A program made the translations under genes and the position numbers. Source: Selaginella moellendorffii (lineage: Eukaryota; Plantae; Lycopodiophyta). Taken from it: a DNA stretch of 64,000 nucleotides. Location: positions 310,001 to 374,000 of the forward strand of contig NW_003314318.1 in NCBI RefSeq assembly GCF_000143415.4. Direction: 5' to 3'. How positions within the stretch are numbered: the first letter of the stretch is position 1; each line of letters starts with the position of its first letter. The notes beneath the pieces were generated by a model. That model had not been told where the DNA came from and did not search any database. It worked only from the letters and a program-made list of their open reading frames with translations. This document shows, piece by piece, positions 1-10,260 of this stretch.

Positions 1-1418
1 TCTCCATGTTGTTATACACTGTGGCTTCACCCACCAGATACCGGTGTCAAGTCACTTGGACAAGACTACTCGACAAAGCTTGTCTTCGTCCTCCTCCTCA
101 TCTGAAAGAATTTGTGCCACCAGGGTCTTATCATTGATAATGGATCGAAAAGCCTCCACGATGAGAAACAAAACTTGTAGAATAAACAAGATTACCTCAT
201 TCCTCAATAAGGTATCGATGACTACTGCCTGATTGTTGAAAGAATCATGTTCCTCCCAATCTCTTTGGTTTTCCCCGGAAGCATCTTCTATTTCCTCGGG
301 TTGAACTGTTATAAGATCCTGAAAAAAAAATGGTTAAAAAAAATCTAGAATATCAAGGGCTGGGTCACGTACTGTGTGACATACCGCGTTACATACTGCG
401 GTACATTGAACTCGCACCATCTCCTCATCAAACCCTATAGCTCCTCCTTCCCCAAAATCGGCTGCTCCTCCTTCCTCCACCGAATCCCCAACATGATCTA
501 ACCCTAGGGTGATGATTGCTATCGGCTCCCCCGCCATCAATGCTTGAGCTTGTGGCAATCCCAGCTCATGGCAAAAAACTGAAACACCCTAATTAGGGTG
601 CTGGAATCTTTGGGGAATCTTGGAGATTCCTTTTAAAAATATTTTAAGTTTAAAAGAAACCCCCCCCATCTTTTAAAATCAATTTTTTTTTGGTCTAAAT
701 GTTTTAAAAAGTGAAAACATTGTGTTAAAGTTAGCATTATGTGTGAATGAAAATGTTTTAAAAAAATATCCTAAATTTTAATGTAAAGTAATTTCCTTTA
801 TTTTAAAACATAGTGCGAGTGTATTTTTCACTTAAATTTAACACATTTCAAGAATAAAGAGCAAATGCAAATGGCTCCAATGGATTATTCTTTAATTGAT
901 AATAGCATGGCATAACAAAAGAAGGGAATAATGGATGGTTCTATAAACAACCAAAGAAAATGACTTGAGAGGCAATTTATAAGGGTTTTAAAATAAAAGT
1001 ATGGGCCCATGAATAAGAGTGCACCCTTTTTTCCAATCGGTTAAAGGTTTTGAGATATTTGGGTTTAAACGTCCTTGGGTTTGAATAGTACTAAGTTGGG
1101 TGACTTCTTGGGAAATCCAAACTTATGAATTTACATTTGGTATTAGAAGGGTCTCGAGTCTAACTTTATTGGGGAATCACACCACATGTTGATTAACATT
1201 TGGCAAGGGTTCAGTATGCTCTAGCTGAGCTTGATCCGAGGAGTAAGTGTAAGCAACCAAAGGGAACGACTCGAGAGACAATCCATGAGATTCAAATATA
1301 AAGGGAAAGGGCCCATGAATAAAAGTGCACCCCTTTTCCCAATCAGTTAAGGGTCTTGGGATATTTAGGGTTAAGTGTTCTTGGGTTTGAATAGTACTGG
1401 GCTGGGTGACCTCCCGAG

Positions 1419-2555
1419 TGTAAGGAACCAACTCGCCGAGGTGTCGTAGGCTAAAGGAACCCCGAAAGCATGACCAAAATGACAAAGAGTTCATCGGATG
1501 GGACCAAGTCGAAGATCGAGTCCAAGACCGACTCTAGGACCGAGTTCGAGATAGAGTCCGGAATCGAGTCCGAGACCGACTCGGGGACCGAGTTCGAGTC
1601 CGAAGTTCGAGACCGAGTTCGAGACGGAGTCCGAGATCCGAAATCGGGTTCGAGACCGAGTCCGAGGTGGAGTCCGAGGTCGGGTCCGAGATCGAGTCCG
1701 AGATCAAGTCCGAACCTGAATCCGAAGTCGGATCCAAAATCGGGTCCGAGATCGAGCTAGAGACTAAGTCCAAATACTAATACGGGTCAAGGGGTGAAAG
1801 CCCAAAGCGTGCGTCTCCTAGGGGGGGGAGGCTGCAGGGGGTTCCAAAAGTATAGTAGGGATAGTGAGGTCCAGGAACCAGTTTAGAAGGGACTCTCCAG
1901 TGGGGCTCCCAAACTGACTTGAGGTTGGGACTGGGACCGAGGGGCCTTGGGTGGGAGTGAGCATGGACTTGGTTGGTGCCGGAGGGGCCATCCAAGGAAG
2001 TGCTCAAGAGCAGCTCCCACTCCCGAAAGGGAAACCGATTGCGGTGCTCCCGGCTCATGTGGAGTGGTGCCCCACTTGAGTACCATGCGGCTCATTAGTC
2101 CTCGCCCTTCCTAGGGGCTTGGGCCTTCCTTCGGGATGGAAGTGGGGGGCGAGAGGTACCCATACCGGGCCGCTAGGCCACGGTGTTTCGCCCCGGCGTC
2201 CCGAAGCAAGTGTTGCACTCAAGACTTGGGATTTAGAGGGTCCCATGATCAAGTCTTGTGGTACCAAAGGATGTTAGGAACCTGGAAGCTTGGTGTGCTT
2301 GGCTACTTGTGCTTGCGGGGAGTGTAGCCGAACCTTAAGTCCAGTCTAACCCGGGGAGGGGGATTGGGAGTGATTTGGGAATCCGTGGATGGATGGCTAA
2401 CACTCCGTTGCTCGTGCAGTGAGTAGCTGAGACCAAGTAGGAGCTGGTACCATAGGCGAGAACCTTGGCAAGGGAACTTAGCAAAAGCCAAGGCGGTGTT
2501 GGACGGATAGACGAGGTAAGCTGGCAAATTGGAAAGGAAAAATTTGTGGCTTACA
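1419..2555 (+). repeat. 5' LTR (1137 bp)
   Basis: Direct repeat of 7790-8935 with roughly 16 substitutions by manual count plus a 9-nt poly-G length difference. TG...CA termini. Confidence 0.97.
1500..1770 (+). repeat. Degenerate CpG-rich hexamer array (CGAGTC/CGAGAC/CGAGAT/CGAGTT) in the LTR; repeated at ~7871-8141
   Basis: Visible 6-bp periodicity, e.g. gagtccgagaccgactcggggaccgagttcgagtccg. Confidence 0.85.
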
Positions 2556-2558
2556 ATT

Positions 2559-2571
2559 TGGTATCGGAGCC
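2559..2571 (+). promoter_or_regulatory. Primer-binding site, initiator tRNA-Met type
   Basis: TGGTATCGGAGCC 3 nt after the LTR end. One difference from canonical TGGTATCAGAGCC, which would be a G:U wobble. Confidence 0.9.
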
Positions 2572-2614
2572 TTTATCTCAGTTCTAGCGAAGGATAGAGG
2601 CGGATTGCTGGGAG

Positions 2615-5600
2615 ATGGCAAGGGCAGGGCGTAAGCGAACCCAAGCAGAGACGGAACCTCCGCCGGAGCTGGAGCCTCCGGTCGAACAAGAGGCTAGGGA
2701 TGAGGAATCCTTGCATGAGGAGGACTCTAGTGAGGAAACTTCCAAACAGGAGTCCGGTGGCGAGGTTCGGTCGTCCAAGGCTCGATTGGACGTGCTAGAA
2801 GGACAGTTGGCACAGACCAATGCCCTGCTGGAAACTCTCGTACGCAAGCTAAAGCGTGACGAGAGGCGGAAGAAAAAGAAAAAGACTGCGGATGCTGGCA
2901 GCGCAGAAGGTGCGGATCTTTCGGCCGGGACTGAGGCAAAACCAGACAAGGTCGAACAGACCGAAGTAGAATCAGTCCCTCAAGCAGTTCCCAAGTACAA
3001 ACCAAAGCCCCCACCGGTCTTCAAGGGAGTGAATGACTATAAAGTGGTGGAGGATTGGTTTTACGATATGGAGGACTACTTCCGAGCGTTGCGATTACCG
3101 AGCTCGGAGAAAGTCCCATGTGCAAAACCATACTTGGCAGATAATGCCAAGTCTTGGTGGAGAACGACGGAGGCCAACGAAGGACCAGTGGCCACTTGGG
3201 ACATGATGAAGGCGAGGATCCGCGCAACATACGTTCCTCCGAATGCCACTCTGCATCTGAGAGATGAGCTGAGTAGGCTGAAGCAGACTGGAACCATCCA
3301 GGAATATGTGAATGGGTTCATGGCAAAGAGGATACTTGTCACGGACATGGGGGATATGGATGCGTTCCATGCCTTCATATCAGGTTTGCAAACCTGGGCT
3401 CGCGGTGAGGTGATGCGGTGGAACCCGACCAACTACAAGGAAGCGTTGGATGCGGCCATCAAGGTGCATTTTAACGATAACCTGCGAAAGGGGAACACGA
3501 CGGGGTCGGGATCCACATTTAGCAAAGGGGCCAAACCAAGGGGAATGTATAGCAAGGGGAAATTCAAAAAGAGTTTCTCTAAGAATGAGTCCTCGGGGTT
3601 CCGGAAAGGCAAATCCGGTGGCCAGCGAGCGAGTACGTGGGGGAGTCAAGCGAAAAAAGACAAACCCACGGATAAAAAGGTCAAGTCGTATAGCAGCGTG
3701 GGAAACAACGTATGCTACAACTGCGGCGAAGCGGGACACTTCTCGAGGGAATGTCCCTACCCGAAGAAGGCCAGAGCCAATATGGCCATCAAGTCGGGTG
3801 AAGTCCAAATTGAGATATGTGATCCAGTCCCTAACTCAAAGTTACTCATCACACGAGCAACTTTGGTAGAGAGTCGTTCGCGACATCTACTAGCCCTCCG
3901 AGGGAAGCTCGGAGGTAGCTTTGTTAAGATCCTTATTGACACGGGTGCTTCGGATAATTTTGTGGCTGCAGACATAGTCCGGCAAGCCGGACTAACGGTG
4001 CAGCGGCTAGGCGAACCAAGGACTATAGAGTTTGTTCAAGGTAGCCAAAGCACCGATGAGGTACTTCGACAAGCGAGAGTCGAAGTGGGGACATGGAAAG
4101 TGGACATGGATTTCACCGTCTTGGACATGGCGGGATTTGACGTGATCTTCGGAATGGATTGGTTTAATCGGTTCGTGGTAGCCCTGCATGGACAAGGTAG
4201 GAACCTTGTGGTATTGGCGAATGCCCAAGGAAGAAGATCTAGGGTGGAGGCCCAGGATCTAAAGGTAGGGCAAAGCAAGGCCAAAGAGTCATGCTTAAAC
4301 CTGGTGTCCACGAGAGGACAACTCACTAAAGGAACTAAGGCAGCCTTTTTGTGCTTACTCTCGGTGAAGAGTGACAAAAAGACAAGAACGGAAGAAGTAC
4401 CTTTAGTGATCCAGCAGGTGCTGGACCAATTCCAGGATACCATGCCGGAGGAGCTACCGGCGGGGTTGCCCCCCGCACGACCGATAGAACATAAGATTGA
4501 GCTGGTCGAGGGTGCTGAGGCGGTGGTTCGTCCACCCTATCGATTGAACGAAAAAGAACTCAAGGAGCTCAAGAGCCAACTAGAGGAGTTGGTGGACAAA
4601 GGGTATGTTAGGTTGAGCAAGTCGCCGTATGGGGCGCCGGTGCTATTTGTGAAAAAGAAAGATGGATCTATGCGCATGTGCATAGACTACCGGTTGCTCA
4701 ACAAGTATACCAAGAAGAACAAGTACCCTTTGCCAAGGATTGAGGACCTGTTCGATAGGTTGGGAAAGGCAAAATACTTCTCGAGGATTGACCTAAGGTC
4801 AGGATACTACCAGATCAGGGTAGCTGAGGAAGATGTCGAGAAGACAACCTGTCGAACGAGGTATGGGAGTTTTGAGTTTCTGGTGATGCCCTTTGGGCTG
4901 TGCAATGCGCCGGCGACGTTTTCGGCGTTGATGAACCACATCTTTGTCCCCTATCTGGATCACTTCGTGGTCGTCTATATCGACGATATCCTGATCTATA
5001 GCGAGACGCTAGAGGAGCATGCCGAACACTTGGCGAAGGTGTTTGAGAAACTAAGGGAACACAAACTGTATGCTAAAGAGAGCAAATGTGACTTTGCTCA
5101 ACAAGAGGTAAAGTTTCTCGGGCATGTGGTGGGCCAGGACGGGCTCAAGGTGGACCCGGAGAAGGTCCAAGCGATCCAGGAATGGGAGCGACCTTCGAAT
5201 GTACATGAGTTGAGGGCGTTCTTGGGGCTATACAACTACTATCGAAAGTTTATCAAACACTATTCGAGAGTAGCCCTGCCCTTAACGGACCAAACAGGAA
5301 AAGGGAAGATGGTATGGACAGCGGAATGCGAGGCGGCATTCGTCCACCTCAAAGGGAAGTTGAGGAAGGCTCCGGTGTTGGCATTACCAGATTTTGGTAA
5401 GGACTTTGAGGTAGACACGGATGCTTCGGACTTTGCGTTGGGCGCAATTTTGAAACAAGACAACCATCCAGTAGCGTTCTTCTCGAAGAAGTTGGACAAG
5501 GCTCAACGGAAGTGGCATGCCCACGAGAAGGAATTGTTTGCGGTGGTCAAGGCGCTCAAGGAGTGGCGACACTACCTTGGGAGACACTTCAAGGTTTACA

Positions 5601-7387
5601 CGGACAATGTGGCAACGAAACACTTCTTGTCACAGCCCGACCTGAGAGGGAAACAAGGTCGGTGGGCCAATGCCTTGGCCGAGTTTGATTGCGAGATTCT
5701 GTACAAGCCTGGGAAGAGCAACATCGTGGCAGATGCGCTAAGTCGAAAAGCGAGCTTGAGGTTGGCGATCTCCAGCGCAACAGCAACCTTCTGGGACGAT
5801 GTGCGGACAACATATGAGAACGATGGTCTAGCACAAGAAGTGTTGTTGAGGAATCTGGAGGCGCGGGAAGCTCACCAGAGAGGTGAGCTGCCAACGGAAG
5901 AGAAAACGGGCTATGCGGAACGCAACGGACTCATTTATTACAAGCAAACGAGGGTATATGTTCCAGAAGGGGGACTAAGGAAGGTAGCCTTAGAAGAGTG
6001 TCATGACGGACCTCTTGCAGGACACGGCGGAGTGCCCAAGACGATGGGCTTACTCAAGAGGAAGTACCATTGGCCAGATATGGCTAAGGACGTCCAAGAC
6101 TATGTAAAGACATGTCCAACATGTCAGCAGGTCAAAGCCGTGACTAAGGCTAGTGGGGGCTTGTTGCAAAGCATCCCAATTCCAGATCGTCCGTGGAAAT
6201 GTCTTACGATGGACTTCATCACGGGACTACCCCCAAGCGAGGGGTTCGATGCGATATTCGTGGTGGTGGATCGATTTTCGAAGATGGCACATTTCATACC
6301 CACCACAACGGAAGTGGATGCGGAAGGTGTGGCGAAGCTATTCTTCGAACAAGTGGTTCGAGTGCGGGGAAGGCCAGAAGAGATTATCTCAGATCGAGAT
6401 AAGATCTTCACTAGTAAGTTCTGGAGGACCCTCCTGGAACAGTATCGCACCAAGTTGAAATTCAGCACAGCCTATCACCCACAGACAGGTATGGGGTATT
6501 AAATCAAGTTTGGTGGTCCTAACACTTCTTGACAGACAGACAAACGGAAAGGGTGAATAGGCAGCTGGAGGATTATTTGGGATGCTATGTCTCGGGAGAC
6601 CAGACCGATTGGGTAAGTCATTTGGGACTTGCGGAAATGTGTTATAACAACTCACCACATTCGAGTATCGGGGTGAGTCCATGGGAAGTCATCAATGGGC
6701 GAGCAATTGAAGGTCTTGTGGAACTCGGCGTGGCCGAGTATCATGGAGAGCTACCCGCAGTGGAGGCATTCACGGCAGAAAGACTCAACATTTGGAATCT
6801 AGTGAGGGATTCCTTGGAACGGGCTCAACAAAGGCAAACCAAGTATGCGAACCTAAAGCGTCGGGATGTAGAGTTCCAAGCTGGGGAGAAGGTGTGGCTG
6901 AACACCAAGAACCTCAGGCTACCAAGTGGGATCAGCTGAAAGTTGACCCAAAGGTAAAAATGCATGTATTCCTGTAAATGAATTGATCTTGAGTTCCTTA
7001 AGCAGGTTCGTGGGGCCTTACAAGATTGAGGCACGAATCGGTAAAGTGGCTTACCGACTTCGACTTCCTCGAGAGATGGGGAAGATGCACCCAGTGTTCC
7101 ACGTGAACTTACTCAAGCTGTACTTTGAGGATCCGCTTCGCAAGGACCAAGTAAGACCTTTACCTGAGGTTATCCAAGGGGAAGAGGAATACGAAGTCGA
7201 GGCCATCCTCAATGCGCGCAAGAGCAAGCGACAAGGACGCGAGGTGAGAGAGTTCCATGTGAAGTGGAAAGGATTTCCACACTGCGAAACAACATGGGAA
7301 CCGGAGGAGAACCTAGCGAACACGCGAGATCTAGTGGAGGAATTTCTGCAAAGCAGAACTCTATGTACTTATGCAAAGTTCAATTAA
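2615..7387 (+). CDS. Gag-Pol polyprotein with integrase split by two predicted introns (exons 2615-6488, 6536-6953, 7006-7387); one in-frame TGA at 6937-6939
   Basis: Zn knuckle [14 protein letters not shown], protease LIDTGA, RT YIDD, RNase H TDASD, integrase HHCC and MDF/SDRD. Splicing restores [12 protein letters not shown] and KLTQRFVGPY. C-terminal chromodomain YEVEAIL...VKWKGF...TWEPEENL. Confidence 0.9.
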
Positions 7388-7469
7388 AATATCAATTTGC
7401 AAAGTTGAGCAAGTGGCATATGTTGGGACCCGAAGGCGCGCCGAAAGTAAGCTAATTAGCATGGGTTAG

Positions 7470-7770
7470 CTAGGTCGACCAGGCGTAGGGAGCTACGCCC
7501 GACTCCCTGCGGGGATGTCGAATCCGTAGACGTATTCTACGGAGGTTGGGTTCGAGTCCCAACCCCCTAGTAAAGCAAGGCTGGGTTCAAGTCCCAACCC
7601 TATACTAGGGCGTGGTGAGGTGAGGAGTATAGGGACACCTATATTCCGTTGTCATGGGCTCTTGGCCGGGGAAGCTAACTTAAGCACACCGCTAAGTGGG
7701 GGGATGCCCCCGGAGACATGGTCAACAAGTCGTAGGATAAAACGAGACGTTCGATGTGGGCATCGAACTT
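7470..7770 (+). other. Structured RNA element in the retrotransposon 3' UTR (multiple hairpins, two T-loop/B-box-like stems)
   Basis: Perfect stems GGCGTAG/CTACGCC (7482-7499), TCCGTAGA/TCTACGGA (7523-7543), GGTTGGG-TTCGAGT-CCCAACC (7544-7564), CCCTAGTA/TACTAGGG (7565-7610) and GTTCGATG/CATCGAAC (7749-7768). Confidence 0.65.
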
Positions 7771-7775
7771 CTTCT

Positions 7776-7789
7776 ATGGGTGGTGGAGT
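7776..7789 (+). promoter_or_regulatory. Polypurine tract
   Basis: ATGGGTGGTGGAGT immediately 5' of the 3' LTR. Confidence 0.75.
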
Positions 7790-8935
7790 TGTAAGGAACC
7801 AACTCGCCGAGGTGTCGTAGGCTAAAGGAACCCCGAAAGCATGACCAAAATGACAAAGAGTTCATCGGATGGGACCAAGTCGAAGATCGAGTCCAAGACC
7901 GACTCTAGGACCGAGTTCGAGATAGAGTCCGGAATCGAGTCCGAGACCGACTCGGGGACCGAGTTCGAGTCCGAAGTTCGAGACCGAGTTCGAGACGGAG
8001 TCCGAGATCCGAAATCGGGTTCGAGACCGAGTCCGAGGTCAAGTCCGAGGTCGGGTCCGAGATCGAGTCCGAGATCGAGTCCGAACCCGAATCCGAAGTC
8101 GGATCCAAAATCGGGTCCGAGATCGAGCTAGAGACTAAGTCCAAATACTAATACGGGTCAAGGGGTGAAAGCCCAAAGCGTGCGTCTCCCAGGGGGGGGG
8201 GGGGGGGGGGGCTGCAGGGGGTTCCAAAAGTATAGTAGGGATAGTGAGGTCCAGGAACCAGTTTAAAAGGGACTCTCCAGTGGGGCTCCCAAACTGACTT
8301 GAGGTTGGGACTGGGACCAAGGGGCCTTGGGTGGGAGTGAGCATGGACTTGGTTGGTGCCGAAGGGCCCATCCAAGGAAGTGCTCAAGAGCAGCTCCCAC
8401 TCCCGAAAGGGAAACCGATTGCGGTGCTCCCGGCTCATGTGGAGTGGTGCCCCACTTGAGTACCATGCGGCTCATTGGTCCTCGCCCTTCCTAGGGGCTT
8501 GGGCCTTCCTTCGGGATGGAAGTGGGGGGCGAGAGGTACCCATACCGGGCCGCTAGGCCACGGTGTTTCGCCCCAGCGTCCCGAAGCAAGTGTTGCACTC
8601 AAGACTTGGGATTTAGAGGGTCCCATGATCAAGTCTTGTGGTACCAAAGGATGTTAGGAACCTGGAAGCTTGGTGTGCTTGGCTGCTTGTGCTTGCGGGG
8701 AGTGTAGCCGAACCTTAAGTCCAGTCTAACCCGGGGAAGGGGATTGGGAGTGATTTGGGAATCCGTGGATGGATGGCTAACACTCCGTTGCTCGTGCAGT
8801 GAGTAGCTGAGACCAAGTAGGAGCTGGTACCATAGGCGAGAACCTTGGCAAGGGAACTTAGCAAAAGCCAAGGCTGTGTTGGACGGATAGACGAGGTAAG
8901 TTGGCAAATTGGAAAGGAAAAATTTGTGGCTTACA
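7790..8935 (+). repeat. 3' LTR (1146 bp)
   Basis: Direct repeat of 1419-2555. Contains a G20 run at 8192-8211. Confidence 0.97.
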
Positions 8936-9444
8936 CCGGGAAGTCTAAATTCAGGAGGTTATATTTGGTATTAGAGAGGTCTTGAGTCCAACTCTATTAG
9001 TTGGCTAAAGAAATTACACCACATGTTGATTGACATCTGGCTGGTCCAGTTTGCACCCGCTAGGCTGGACTCGAGGGGTAAGGTGTCAAGAGAGCAAAGC
9101 TCGAGAGAGAGTTGCAGCTTTCAACTTCCATTCATGAGGGCGTGAACTTACAAGGAAGCGTGGTAGATTGTAAGCAACCAAAGGGAACGACTTGAGAGAC
9201 GATCCATAAGATTCAAATATAGAGGGAAAAGGCTCATGAATAAAAGTGCACCCTTTTTTCCAATCGGTTAAGGGTCTTGGGATATTTGGGGTTAAGCGTC
9301 TTTGGGTTTGAATAGTACTAGGTTGGGTGACATCCCGGGAAGTCCAAATTTAGGAGGTTGTTCCATTTTAATTGATAAGAAATAGAATCAACTATATGCT
9401 CCAATTGTGATATGGTGCAATTTATAGTATTGATGTCCCTCTAA

Positions 9445-9870
9445 GTAAGTGAGTGCAATATTTTGAAAACAAATTAAACCTAAAACCATGAAACCATCTT
9501 AATTGGTTTTTTTTTGTTTGTTTTATTCATGTTTTAATTTATGCTATCCAAGGAAAAAAATTTAGAAGCTTTCTTTATCCAAGTCCACTCACTATATCTA
9601 GAAAAAGATAGAAATTTAGTTCTTATGATAAAAAAAATTAAAATTTCAAGCAAGGGAGTGAATGCAATGTCTTGAAAACAAAAACTATGAAACCACTTTC
9701 CTTGATTTCCCTTTTTTAATTTGGCATGTGTCTTAATCTAATCTAAGGCATCCAAGAAAAAAAAATCCAGATTAAATATGTCATCTTTGCTCTTTTAAAT
9801 ATAAGCCTTCTTTGTCCAAGTATCTAGAAAAAGATAGAAATTTAGGTAATATGACAAAAATTACAAATGA
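9445..9870. repeat. Degenerate AT-rich tandem duplication (~225-bp period)
   Basis: TATCTAGAAAAAGATAGAAATTTAG occurs at ~9595 and ~9821. The 'tgcaat..ttgaaaacaaa..atgaaacca' block is also duplicated. Confidence 0.6.
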
Positions 9871-9974
9871 TTATCAAAGTTAATATTCTGTAAGGTTTAT
9901 AAATGTATATACATATATATATGTATTACCCAGCTTAGGTAATACATTAATTATAATATTATAGCATATGAACA

Positions 9975-10260
9975 TGTAAGCTCATGAGTTTGGATTTCCC
10001 AAGAAGTCACTCAGCCTAATACTATTTAAACCTAAGGACACTTAACCCTAAAAATCCCAAGACTCTTAACCGATTAAAAAAGGGGTGCACTCTTGTTCAT
10101 GGGCCCTTTCCCTTTATATTTGAACGTTTATGAATTGCTTCTTGAGTCATTCTCTTTGGTTATTTACAATTCACTATGCTTCCCTGCAAGTTTACACCCT
10201 TGCGAACGGAATTTGAGAGCTATAGCTCTCCCGAGAACCTTACTCTCTTAACACCCTACT
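9975..10260 (-). mobile_element. Truncated inverted copy of the Cassandra-like TRIM (one 194-bp LTR 9975-10168 plus part of the internal domain)
   Basis: Reverse complement matches the LTR, including the 5S-like gtgacttcttgggaaatcc, and the internal segment at 9080-9168. Confidence 0.85.

Larger units (their letters stand above)
1419..8935 (+). mobile_element. Full-length Ty3/gypsy LTR retrotransposon, chromovirus (group I chromodomain)
   Basis: LTRs 1419-2555 and 7790-8935 (TGTAAG...CTTACA). Near-perfect 5-bp TSD CCGAG (1414-1418) / CCGGG (8936-8940). tRNA-iMet-type PBS, PPT, and gag-PR-RT-RH-IN-chromodomain order. Confidence 0.97.
942..9361 (+). mobile_element. Tandem array (LTR-internal-LTR-internal-LTR) of a non-autonomous Cassandra-like TRIM with 5S rRNA-derived LTR segment; middle LTR interrupted by the chromovirus
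   Basis: Three ~194-bp LTR copies: 942-1135 (degenerate, ends TTACA), 1248-1418 + 8936-8963, and 9169-~9361 (the latter two start TGTAAGCAACCAAAGGG). PBS-like TGGTATTAGA follows LTR1 (1138) and LTR2 (8966). A purine-rich tract (9152-9168) precedes LTR3. Non-coding internal domains are 1136-1247 (deleted version) and 8964-9168. Segment 9291-9345 aligns without gaps to the plant 5S rRNA A-box to C-box region. Confidence 0.85.

Noticed and set aside
1-560. Spliced minus-strand acidic coding-like fragment
   Set aside because: No recognisable family, apparent stops, and truncation by the window edge.
1470-1773. ORFs in the LTR hexamer array (also 7841-8144)
   Set aside because: Open frames are a by-product of a stop-poor 6-bp repeat; no domain is recognisable.
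3798-3869. Possible third intron at the Gag/protease junction (GT 3798, CTAAC ~3831, AG 3841 or 3869)
   Set aside because: The ORF is uninterrupted here and no conserved motif demands splicing; it cannot be supported without RNA data.
7482-7570. tRNA gene or hammerhead ribozyme
   Set aside because: It has a T-loop but no canonical D-arm, anticodon arm or acceptor spacing, and no CUGANGA hammerhead core was seen.
9291-9345. Functional 5S rRNA gene
   Set aside because: Only the internal ~55 nt match; the 5' and 3' ends of 5S are missing and the segment lies inside TRIM LTRs.
937-9365. TSD flanking the whole TRIM array
   Set aside because: Only GTTC is shared and the last LTR end is eroded; ambiguous.
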